Position numbers and translations under genes: made by a program. The notes under the pieces are model-generated. The model was not told where the DNA came from. It saw nothing but the letters and a program-made list of their open reading frames with translations, and did no database searches. A stretch of DNA of 64,000 bases from an uncultured Rubripirellula sp. (GTDB taxonomy: Bacteria; Planctomycetota; Planctomycetia; Pirellulales; Pirellulaceae), in assembly GCA_938085445.1 (NCBI GenBank), contig CALKGR010000002.1:1-64000 (forward strand), written 5' to 3'. Shown in pieces: positions 10,101-18,264 of this stretch. Numbering within the stretch: the stretch's first letter is position 1; every line of letters starts with the position of its first letter.

Positions 10101-13100
10101 ACTCGCGTTGGACACAGTCCCCCGAGAAACACCACTGGCGTGTCTGCCCCCTGCAGGGCCCTCATTGCTTTTTTTTTTCGCCTCGTTGGGCCCAACAACC
10201 TCACTCAACTTGATCCGTTGGAATGTCATGTGAGCCTGACTTCCTTCATACAAGATCCCGATGGTGTCCTTGTCGATCATCGACATGCACGAGTATCCCG
10301 CACTTGGCTCCTCATCTAACAGAAGTCGATATTGTTTCGGCCATGTGAGGCCGCGATCCGCACTGGCTTTAATGCTGATGTGATTACGTCCAGCTGTGCT
10401 ATCTGGATTCGAGAACAACAGCCAATCCTTGCCCTCCCCTCCAGTTTCGGCACCCACATCGACCAAACTCGCCATGCACGCACCGGGTTCAACCAATGCC
10501 CTTTGAGACGTCACATGCTTTTCCCAGGTTGCACCCATGTCTCGAGTGACCATCACTACTCTCACGCCCTGCCGGTTGTACCGACAATTCAGCATCAACA
10601 CCCCCGGTTCGACTTCGATCACTTGAGCTTCCGTGGTGTCGTCGAACGCCCCCGTCCCAACCCTCCAGGTTGCGCCGTGATCTTTCGAATAAATGATCGT
10701 TGAATGTGGCAAGCGTCTCAGTCCAGGTGGATCCTGATACTGGGCAGCAAATACCAATGTGCCATCCTGCATCGTGATCCCTTTCCCGGGGCCCTGAAGA
10801 ATAAAGCACCAATCAGGATTCTTAACCTGTTTGGTGATATTGATTGGCTTGGACCATGTCACGCCATCATCCGTGCTTTTCACAAGCATGAATTGCCCCG
10901 TGTCCGTTGCCTCAAGTCCCTGCCCCGAGCCACGCCATGATCGATTTCCATGACTCCATGTTGCGGCAACCCAAATGGTTCCCGTCTGATCATCAACCAA
11001 CACAGCAGGATCACCGATCCCGTCATAATTCCATCGCGGATCATCACCCATGTCCATGATGATCTTCATATCATCCCACGTATTCCCGCCATCCGTTGAC
11101 CTCGACATGCCTACATCAATGTCACCGGGAAGATCTCCACCAGACCGATGCCGAACATCATAAACACCAATCAAGGTGCCCTTAGGGGTCGTGGCGAGCC
11201 CGGGTATCCGATAGGTGTGTACATCATCATCACCGCCTGTTCGAACAGAAACACCCATCCTCTGTGTTTGGAATTCATCATCCAAGGTGCGGCTCTGTCC
11301 ATTCGAAAACTTCAACCCCAGCACCTTGGCACCAACCACCCCTGCATTGTCCGCATGGTCAGAAAGCGTGCAGGCTACCCAAAAATAGTTCGCTCCTTCA
11401 GCTAATTCTTGCCCGCCATGTGCCTTGATAGTGTTGGTAACCACATCACGCAATTCTGATGTGTTTTTAGACTGCTCGCTTCTCTCTTTTTCGTCCACGC
11501 ATGAAACACTTTCTCCAAAGGGAACGTCAGCACGGAACCGCGAATTTTCCGCAGTTGCAAAAACTCCAGCAGACACAATGTCACCACCACGTCCACGCAC
11601 AGCGAAATCGACATCCGTAAGGCTGATCGGACTGCGGCTACCCGTCGTTTCGATTTTAAGTTTCACTAATCCACTATACTTCGCGCCCACAAGCGCGGGC
11701 AGCACCAAGGGAACCACCTCAGCTGATGTGATCACTTGCAACTCTGCCGGAGCAATCTGTAAATCATCAATCAAGATGCCAGTGCCGGGAGGACTCTTAA
11801 CCGAAAATCGAAGATGCGTAATGCGGGCATCACTTAGCGGCACTTTCACTTCAGACAAAAAAGCGCGTCCAACGCGTACCTTGCGATCGCCGTTGTAAAT
11901 CTGAGACCAGCCCTTTTCGGTTTTCTTGTCGATCCTGAACGCAAACGGACTGCGGCTCGTCCAACGCTCGGCCCAGAACCGCAGATCACCAGACAAATCC
12001 AGATGCTTGCCCACTTCAAGAGTCACCGAGGTGTTCTCTCCACCAGTCAACTGCAAGCAATGCTTGCCGGATTTAGCGTGCTTGTTATCAACGATGGTAG
12101 TCCCGATCAATGACGTCCAAACCCCAACTTCCGTTTTAAGTGACTCGAACTTACCCGGCTGCGCCGTTTCAAAACCCGTCTTATTACGACGGACATTCTC
12201 GCCATGCTGATTATCATCCTGAACAATGGGTGTGGTGCCGACCAACCGCACTGCAAACTCATCCAACAAGGTAGGCAACATGCTTGCCACGATTTCCGGT
12301 TCCAAATCAGCAATGTTCTGTTTTTCAACGAGCCCCTCGGAATAGTCATACAACTCGCGTTCAAGCAACTTTCCGGTTTCACGGTCGACCCACTGAGTCA
12401 AACGATGCGATGCGTTCCTCAACGAATATCCCATCCTTCCACCACCCCGGGGATATTGACTTAACGCATATCCGACGCTTTCTTGAGACGGGTCTTTCAA
12501 GTTCGAGACAAGACCCGTTGAAGCCAATTGCTGCGGCAAAGGCAAACCCGCTAACTCCGCGAGGGTGGGGAACAGATCCACCAGCTCTACCAGCATTCCT
12601 GAACTACTTCCCGGCGTAGTCACCCCCGGCGCACGGATGATAAGCGGCACCCGTGTATCCAACTCAAAGTTAGTTGTTTTCCCCCAAAGCCCCTGCTCGC
12701 CCAAATGGTAACCGTGATCTCCGACCAGAACTACGATCGTATTCTGGCTCAAATTCGTAGCATCCAATGCTCCAAGAACCCGACCAATTTGCGCATCAAT
12801 GAAGCTGACGCAAGCATAATAAGCCTGCCGAATACGCTGTTGTTTAGTCTCAGCAATCACGCCTCTGTTTGGTTGATCACTGTAACGACGCAACTCTCCC
12901 GAATTGTGTCCGGCAAAACTAGGTGCTCCCAACGGAAATTCAGAGTTCAGCGCCAGCGGAGTGTCCTGATACAGATCAAAGTACTTCTTCGGTGCAATGT
13001 AGGGTGAATGTGGCTTGATAAATCCGACCGCCAAGAAGAACGATTGCTCTTGCTTCGCGAGTTCAGTGAGTCGCGATACCGCGGCATCAGCCACCTTTCC

Positions 13101-13727
13101 GTCGTAGAGAGTCGAGTCAGAAACCTGTGGCGACTCCGAGGCCAACCCAAACACAAGCTTCTGTGTCCAGTCAGTCGAATCCTGGGTTGCGTATGTGTTC
13201 TTATAGGCATCCTTCGCTGAAGCAATCCCTTCCTCGGTGTAATAGTATCGTGGACCAAACCTGACAGCAGGGCGCGACCAACTTGCAGCGTCCCCCATGG
13301 TATCCCACTTGGTCTTGCTCGCTCCATCAGGAAACACACCATGATAAATCTTCCCTATCGCTGCGGAGTCGTATCCATGTTGCTTGAAGTGCTGAGGCAA
13401 CGTCACCACGTTTGGATGCTGATCTCGGAAATGGGAGTGATTTCCGGTTACCCCTATTTCGTCGGGACGCATCCCAGTCATGAAACTCGTTCGGGATGGG
13501 TTGCAAACAGCCTGTTGGCAGTAAGCCCGTTCAAACCTCATCCCTGTTTTGGCGAATCTGTCAATATTTGGAGTATGTATAAATGAGTTTCCGTAGCACC
13601 CCAATTCTGGCCTTAGATCATCCACAGTAATGAACAACACATTTGGCCTAGGGGATTCACCACAGAAACCCACACTGCACTCGCAAATCGCAACGAATGC
13701 CCATAAAGTGAGCCACTGCTTCGCCAT
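7104..13727 (-). CDS. 2207-aa secreted multi-enzyme: sulfatase + beta-sandwich modules + GH33 sialidase + sialate O-acetylesterase (SGNH) + second sulfatase
   Basis: Sulfatase 1: PNVLFITVDDLR, CNPSR. GH33: YRIPG and five Asp-boxes (STDGGNTW, STDDGVTW, SKDHGATW, TRDMGATW, SADRGLTW). Esterase: GQSNM, WYQGESN, DPSNVHP. Sulfatase 2: PNVLLIVSED, CSSSR, GDHG. Confidence 0.9.
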   Translation of the reverse strand: MAKQWLTLWAFVAICECSVGFCGESPRPNVLFITVDDLRPELGCYGNSFIHTPNIDRFAKTGMRFERAYCQQAVCNPSRTSFMTGMRPDEIGVTGNHSHFRDQHPNVVTLPQHFKQHGYDSAAIGKIYHGVFPDGASKTKWDTMGDAASWSRPAVRFGPRYYYTEEGIASAKDAYKNTYATQDSTDWTQKLVFGLASESPQVSDSTLYDGKVADAAVSRLTELAKQEQSFFLAVGFIKPHSPYIAPKKYFDLYQDTPLALNSEFPLGAPSFAGHNSGELRRYSDQPNRGVIAETKQQRIRQAYYACVSFIDAQIGRVLGALDATNLSQNTIVVLVGDHGYHLGEQGLWGKTTNFELDTRVPLIIRAPGVTTPGSSSGMLVELVDLFPTLAELAGLPLPQQLASTGLVSNLKDPSQESVGYALSQYPRGGGRMGYSLRNASHRLTQWVDRETGKLLERELYDYSEGLVEKQNIADLEPEIVASMLPTLLDEFAVRLVGTTPIVQDDNQHGENVRRNKTGFETAQPGKFESLKTEVGVWTSLIGTTIVDNKHAKSGKHCLQLTGGENTSVTLEVGKHLDLSGDLRFWAERWTSRSPFAFRIDKKTEKGWSQIYNGDRKVRVGRAFLSEVKVPLSDARITHLRFSVKSPPGTGILIDDLQIAPAELQVITSAEVVPLVLPALVGAKYSGLVKLKIETTGSRSPISLTDVDFAVRGRGGDIVSAGVFATAENSRFRADVPFGESVSCVDEKERSEQSKNTSELRDVVTNTIKAHGGQELAEGANYFWVACTLSDHADNAGVVGAKVLGLKFSNGQSRTLDDEFQTQRMGVSVRTGGDDDVHTYRIPGLATTPKGTLIGVYDVRHRSGGDLPGDIDVGMSRSTDGGNTWDDMKIIMDMGDDPRWNYDGIGDPAVLVDDQTGTIWVAATWSHGNRSWRGSGQGLEATDTGQFMLVKSTDDGVTWSKPINITKQVKNPDWCFILQGPGKGITMQDGTLVFAAQYQDPPGLRRLPHSTIIYSKDHGATWRVGTGAFDDTTEAQVIEVEPGVLMLNCRYNRQGVRVVMVTRDMGATWEKHVTSQRALVEPGACMASLVDVGAETGGEGKDWLLFSNPDSTAGRNHISIKASADRGLTWPKQYRLLLDEEPSAGYSCMSMIDKDTIGILYEGSQAHMTFQRIKLSEVVGPNEAKKKSNEGPAGGRHASGVSRGTVSNASESVDRALIHELVLPVVFGDHMVLQSGIELPIWGKAVPGSMIEVALGDQRMNTVASEEGRWSVRCSPRESSFDPITLTVRSGAEKVQLTDILIGEVWLCAGQSNMEWTVAQSTNGIGAIDAEALKGIRLLNLVGGARGSSGKYGTEQLKRLQPLEYAEGRWERASTTGVSQFSAVAWFFAEALQRKLSVPVGVICPAVGGTPTEAWVSRNSLADHPTLQNLVRGNWLDNPCLSDFCRKRGEENLLSAIQAGENIPGDKLGPNHSFKPGFMWQATIEPLIPYAIRGVAWYQGESNAETSARSLEQASLLPLMIQEWREAWGQGDFPFLFVQLPPLNRPAWPLFREVQRRVQQAVPNVSMAVTMDVGDPSNVHPRNKQPVGRRLAGLALGKTYSVHEESLYAGPMLSDVNREATAIVLKFDHAGVGLKSADGRPLRHFEIAGADGKFFPALSMIVGRDRVQVESNQVRDPQAVRYGWIPFPEPGVNFCNSVGVPASPFSTLSDQELFDTVTSASAVGADVEKRPNVLLIVSEDNGPELGCYGDLHARTPNLDRLASDGVRFQNAYVTQSVCSSSRSTLFTGLYPHQNGQLGLATHQFAMYRRWPTTYSILKKAGYRTGLIGKTHVNPASVVEDFVDFRRITASNFSKKNLADYAEQSAAFMNASDQPFFLTVNYPDAHWPLQHRVEGRPSELSQPDDVRPMPYVGFDNDRLRGHLVGFYNCMARLDECVGELLDALAESGKANNTLVIYIGDHGAQFARGKVFVTEGGLRIPMIVRWPNHAKPGLVSNQLVSTVDLLPTIVAAAGGRVPEGAPGEVLQGVLEGKTSPLRTHLFAERNCDSADLHFPQRSVRDARYKLIKTLLNDRPDPGAQKCLLNGASNFRGSPTHAELKTSDAKTQQVYDTWLNPPPIQLYDLQNDPYEFHNLADDPGHELIQSNLTAVLNEWQERTDDRMRYPELLERVTEENDECKRAGRRSPVGGWQYGKYLGPDAVVQPSLPHAE
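10169..10178 (-). repeat. A10 homopolymer (T10 on + strand) in the sialidase/esterase linker
   Basis: The + strand reads ...ctcattgc tttttttttt cgcc...; the coding strand gives GCG AAA AAA AAA AGC (AKKKS). Confidence 0.9.
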
Positions 13728-14099
13728 CTCAAACCTCGTTCCATAGATAAATTCAGGTGTTCAGCAATTGTAGTGGGAATCCCTGCCGCGAGTACACTCA
13801 CGGCTGTATCCGCTTGAAAAAGCATCCTCGTCCAAACTTATGAACGGAGGTATTAAACCAACTACACCAGCGCGACCTAAGGACGTGAACAAGTGTTTTG
13901 CCCAGACATTCTGACGAACACGCAACACCACTAACCAGCCATGCCAACTTGCTACCAAATGGCGAATTGGCGTTCCTGACCAGTTTCGAATTTATCGCAA
14001 ACTGGCGACTGATCGCGAATGCAGCAGACTAACGCAAATGGCAGCTCAGCCGATCCAACAAAAACCCATGATGAAGCGCCAACGACGAGTCCCTAACCT

Positions 14100-16652
14100 T
14101 TACTCACTCGAATTCTCGACACTCATGATGTGCCGCTGCTCTTCGCCCCAAGCCTTTCGATAAAAAAAAGAATCAGAGCTCAACAGAGACACGATTACAG
14201 CGTTGAAGCTTCCCTCGCTTTCCACATAAGCATGATCAGCATCGATGAGCGTCTGCGAATCCGATAGCATCTCGTTTCTACCCAAAAAGAAGCGAAACGC
14301 ATGACGAATGATGGACTGCCGCACACGCTCTGACTTAGAAAGTTTTTCGATCAGTTCAAATGCGTCCTCAACCTGACCGTCTAACTCAGCATCGCCAGTG
14401 CCATCAAGAAACCCAGTCGCATCAACCGGTTTTGTCTTAAACACGTCAGCGCTGGTTTTTCCGTTCCCTTTTCTAATCAGGTTTTCAGGAGCTTCTAAAT
14501 TCTCCTCACGACGGAATCGACCAAAATCATCAAACACCTCAAACGCGAGTCCAAGCGGATTCATATACCGATGGCATTTCCAACACTGCTGCTTGGATGT
14601 AACGGAGTCAAGTCTTTCGCGAAGCGTGCGTTCATGATCCTCAGGAATTTGTGCATCCACCGTTATCGGCACATCGGGTACACGACCAGCCAGCAATTTC
14701 TCTCGCACCCACCGTCCACGTCGCACGATATCGGTCTCCGTGTTCTGTGAGTGGGCCAACAGCCAAGCCGGATGCGTCAGAATTCCCATTCGGTGCTTAA
14801 TCTTGAATGGCTGCTCGACAGGGTAGTCCCAAGCAAGCTCATCTCTGTATTTGCCACTCGAGCCGATCGGTCCACCGCCGGGTACCCGAGGCAATGAATA
14901 AATCTCGGAGTACCTGAATTTCTGCCCACCATGATAAAACCATGGAAACGTGATGGGAGTAATTCCACGTCCGAAAGTATTCTCAAAGTACTCCATGAAC
15001 CGTTTGAAATCACGGACGTTGACCCGCTTACGGTCCTCGGTGAGTTTCGTAATTCGAATCGCTTCAAAAGCTTCACGGTGTTCTTCAAAGTTCTCTGTCA
15101 GCACCTGCTCCGCATTGTTCCGCCAATCGAGTCCTTTCAGTTCGTCATAAGCACGACGCCATGACTCGATTAAACGTTTTCCTTCCGAATTGCTTCGGGG
15201 GTGCAGAACATAAAACTCATTCGTTGTAAGCAAGCGTTCGAACACGTCCTTGTCTGCTTTAAGAACATCATCCACCACACGATCCGCCTCATTGGTGACT
15301 GACCCCGCAGTGCCTGTGTAATCGCGTCCCGCATTGTCAAAAAACCCGCCACTACGAGCCATATCCTTGAATAGCTTCATACTGTTCGGATAGCCAAAGA
15401 ACTCCCGAAAGAAACGGACAATCTTTGGGTGTGTAACTTTATGGGGTTTCACGTACCCACTCGACACGGTCGGCGACACCTCTGCAAAGTAACTCGTCGT
15501 GTCATCAAGCATACGAGTCACCTCTCGACGTAAATCCTCTTGGCTGGAAAGTCTTCCCTGTTGGACAGCAGTTCGCAGGTCATCGTCAGGCCCCCGGTCA
15601 GTCAATGCGTATGCGAGTGCATAACTCGCTTCTCTGGGTGATAGCTTTTTCCGCCCATCTTGATCTGGCTTTCCTGAACCAAACTCAAGCCGATAAAGGA
15701 ACTCGGACTCAAGTAAAACACTTACAAGCATCTGCCGCAGCCCTTCCACATTTCCGCCCACCGAGCTCGCATTCACCATGAAATCCAGATAGCGTGAGAG
15801 CTCACTGTCAGATGCAGTCCGCTGCAGAACACAATCAAACTGTGCCTGTATCGCCGCCACCATCTCAGGTTGGCTAGCTGCGCCCGCTTTCTTGACCACT
15901 ACTACAAATGGCTCCGGCACCTCTGCCGGGTACCAACGGTCTTTCACATTCTTGAAATTCAAATCACCGCGTGGAACACCCTTGTTAAGGGCTGCAAAAA
16001 TTTGCTTTCGTGAGATCCAGTCCGCATTATTCAGCATCATCAATAGATGACCACCATCCAAACTGGTCGAATCGAAATAACGAACACCCGAATTGTCAGG
16101 GAGAACGATCGGATTAGTGACTCCGTAGAATTTTCGTTGGCGTGCTGGCCCTTCCAGCTTGAACACATCGTTGACCCGTTCATGAAATATCTGGGGGCTT
16201 ACGAGCCATCTCCTGGCAGGAGTGAACGGTTTTTCGGACACTGCTCCACTGAACAACGTTTCATGATCAATGAAGTTTCCATAACCCGGCTGCCGCATCC
16301 GCTGATCCAAATCGGACGCTTGATTTTTACGCAAGACGGCGCCGATTGCATCCCGTAAACGAACCCGTTGCTCATTTGGCAACATGCTTGAGTCTTCAGG
16401 TGGCATCAGTTTGAAAAACACTTGGTTCTCGGCTCGATTGAGCATGTCCAGTTGTTTCACCGATGATAAATCTGACAGATTATCAAATCGCACCTCACCT
16501 TCTGCTGTCTCTGAATTGTGGCACTCAACGCAATGTTCTAACAACGCTGTACGCACCGCAGCCATCTCGACCGATTCAATCGCGGACAGCGTTGAGCATG
16601 CCACGCTTAAGGTGGCAGATAGCATCACAGTCCGAAACGCCTTAATCAACAT
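14100..16652 (-). CDS. Second DUF1592/DUF1588-type planctomycete cytochrome c protein, paralogue of 3772-6801
   Basis: CVECH and CWKCH heme motifs. Shares RRWL.SP.IF, RFFREFFGYP, LAGxVPDVPITVDA.IPED and RQS.IR..FR.F.GRNEML.DS.TLIDAD with the first copy. Confidence 0.88.
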   Translation of the reverse strand: MLIKAFRTVMLSATLSVACSTLSAIESVEMAAVRTALLEHCVECHNSETAEGEVRFDNLSDLSSVKQLDMLNRAENQVFFKLMPPEDSSMLPNEQRVRLRDAIGAVLRKNQASDLDQRMRQPGYGNFIDHETLFSGAVSEKPFTPARRWLVSPQIFHERVNDVFKLEGPARQRKFYGVTNPIVLPDNSGVRYFDSTSLDGGHLLMMLNNADWISRKQIFAALNKGVPRGDLNFKNVKDRWYPAEVPEPFVVVVKKAGAASQPEMVAAIQAQFDCVLQRTASDSELSRYLDFMVNASSVGGNVEGLRQMLVSVLLESEFLYRLEFGSGKPDQDGRKKLSPREASYALAYALTDRGPDDDLRTAVQQGRLSSQEDLRREVTRMLDDTTSYFAEVSPTVSSGYVKPHKVTHPKIVRFFREFFGYPNSMKLFKDMARSGGFFDNAGRDYTGTAGSVTNEADRVVDDVLKADKDVFERLLTTNEFYVLHPRSNSEGKRLIESWRRAYDELKGLDWRNNAEQVLTENFEEHREAFEAIRITKLTEDRKRVNVRDFKRFMEYFENTFGRGITPITFPWFYHGGQKFRYSEIYSLPRVPGGGPIGSSGKYRDELAWDYPVEQPFKIKHRMGILTHPAWLLAHSQNTETDIVRRGRWVREKLLAGRVPDVPITVDAQIPEDHERTLRERLDSVTSKQQCWKCHRYMNPLGLAFEVFDDFGRFRREENLEAPENLIRKGNGKTSADVFKTKPVDATGFLDGTGDAELDGQVEDAFELIEKLSKSERVRQSIIRHAFRFFLGRNEMLSDSQTLIDADHAYVESEGSFNAVIVSLLSSDSFFYRKAWGEEQRHIMSVENSSE

Positions 16653-17108
16653 TCAATCTTTGCCTAACGTAGTAGGGCTCGTCATCATCAGGTCTGCAAC
16701 AGAAACCCGGGCAGTCGACAATCCCGGCGGGACCCGAAAACCAGAGATGTGCATTCTAACACAGATCCATGTTTTCTGACTGAACCTTGGTAGAGCAAAA
16801 ACGCTGGACATTAATTAAGACCAGCTAAAATCACAGCAGGCCATGATCCAAACTCACGTAGTTCAACGCTTCCATGTGGAAAGGCACCTATTCACGCTGC
16901 TTGATGGCGTTCCCAACATGACGACAATTTGTCGGCAGCAGCGTGTTGATCGGGAACAATGCTTGCGAACAGTTTGCGGCCATTCTCTAATGGCACCGCG
17001 TGCGTTTCGACTCCACGTACCGATTGCATGGGCTGTGCACCATGAATAACTATCTCGTCGTGCAAGCAAAATCCCCATTATCCCAACCGCTGTACCTAAG
17101 TCCCCGCC

Positions 17109-18140
17109 ATGCGTGAATCTACAAGACCGCTGAGAGTGAACAACTACGCAATTGTCTGCCTGTTCGTAATGTCATTAGCTGCCGCATCTCAACAAACGTT
17201 AGAGGCAGCAGGCATCACATCTCTTACCAATCCCAAGGTCCGTTACGAACGGTGGCAAACGTCTTACATCAAGTTAGAACGTGGAGAGGTATCGGTAATC
17301 GTTGTAGATAACGCCGCCCTTGATCTACCTGAACTTCCGGGCCACCGGGCGGGTTACAACGGAATTGCATCTTTGCGGCACAGCAAGCATCTGGAGAACG
17401 TATTTGTTCCATCGATTGCCGGCTTAAACTTTGAGCATATTCATGACGGAACCAAGGCCGGCCTGACCGAGAAATTTGAACCACGTAAGTTCCCGATGCA
17501 ATTGCGTCGAATTAACGCCCACACCGTTGAACTTTATCAACCGCCGACGGGCAATTGGAAGTTGGAGAGTTGTGGACGCTATTGCCTATTGGAAGATGGC
17601 ACCATTGAGTACACCTTCGAGTGCATCCCTCGCGAGAATGCTTATTCACACGGTTACATCGGTCTTTTCTGGGCCAGCTATATCGACAAGCCTGAGGACA
17701 AGGCGATCCACTTCAACGGACGGACACGCAATTCAAAACAAAAACCAGCTTGGATCAAAGCAATCACACCCAAACACGGCGTTGAAAGCACGCATCCACC
17801 TGCCGGATCGAATCCCAGAATTGAGGTGGATCCCGACTTCCCCCTAACGTTGGTCGGAAATCTATCAAAGCATGAACACACGGACGCATGGTATTACGGC
17901 GTAACCCATGGCATGGCATTGGCATTCATGTTTCGCCCAAAAGACAACATCTGGTTCGCCCAGTCACCATCGGGAGGTGGAAACGGGAACCCGGCATGGG
18001 ATTTCCAGTGGTTCATCCACAATCCCAAGGTCGGAAAAGCGTACGGATTCACAATGCGGGCTGCCTATCTGCCGTTTGACAGCCACGCGGATATGATTCA
18101 AGCAACGGAAAACCACAGAACTGCTTTGCGTCACCAATGA
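17109..18140 (+). CDS. Secreted hypothetical protein, aromatic and beta-rich (possibly galactose-mutarotase-like fold)
   Basis: 343-aa ORF with a signal-like N-terminus and motif-like blocks GYNGIA, GLNFEHIHDG, FEPR, GLFWASYI, NPAWDFQW. The fold is a guess. Confidence 0.7.
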   Translation: MRESTRPLRVNNYAIVCLFVMSLAAASQQTLEAAGITSLTNPKVRYERWQTSYIKLERGEVSVIVVDNAALDLPELPGHRAGYNGIASLRHSKHLENVFVPSIAGLNFEHIHDGTKAGLTEKFEPRKFPMQLRRINAHTVELYQPPTGNWKLESCGRYCLLEDGTIEYTFECIPRENAYSHGYIGLFWASYIDKPEDKAIHFNGRTRNSKQKPAWIKAITPKHGVESTHPPAGSNPRIEVDPDFPLTLVGNLSKHEHTDAWYYGVTHGMALAFMFRPKDNIWFAQSPSGGGNGNPAWDFQWFIHNPKVGKAYGFTMRAAYLPFDSHADMIQATENHRTALRHQ

Positions 18141-18264
18141 AGCCAGGTGGCCAATGTACCGGGATCAGTAGTGTAGACAACGCACCAGACACCCCGCATC
18201 TATCAAGAAAACACGCAGCAGCAGTGCGAACACTCTGCCACGGCGGAAGATTTTGTGATCAGTG

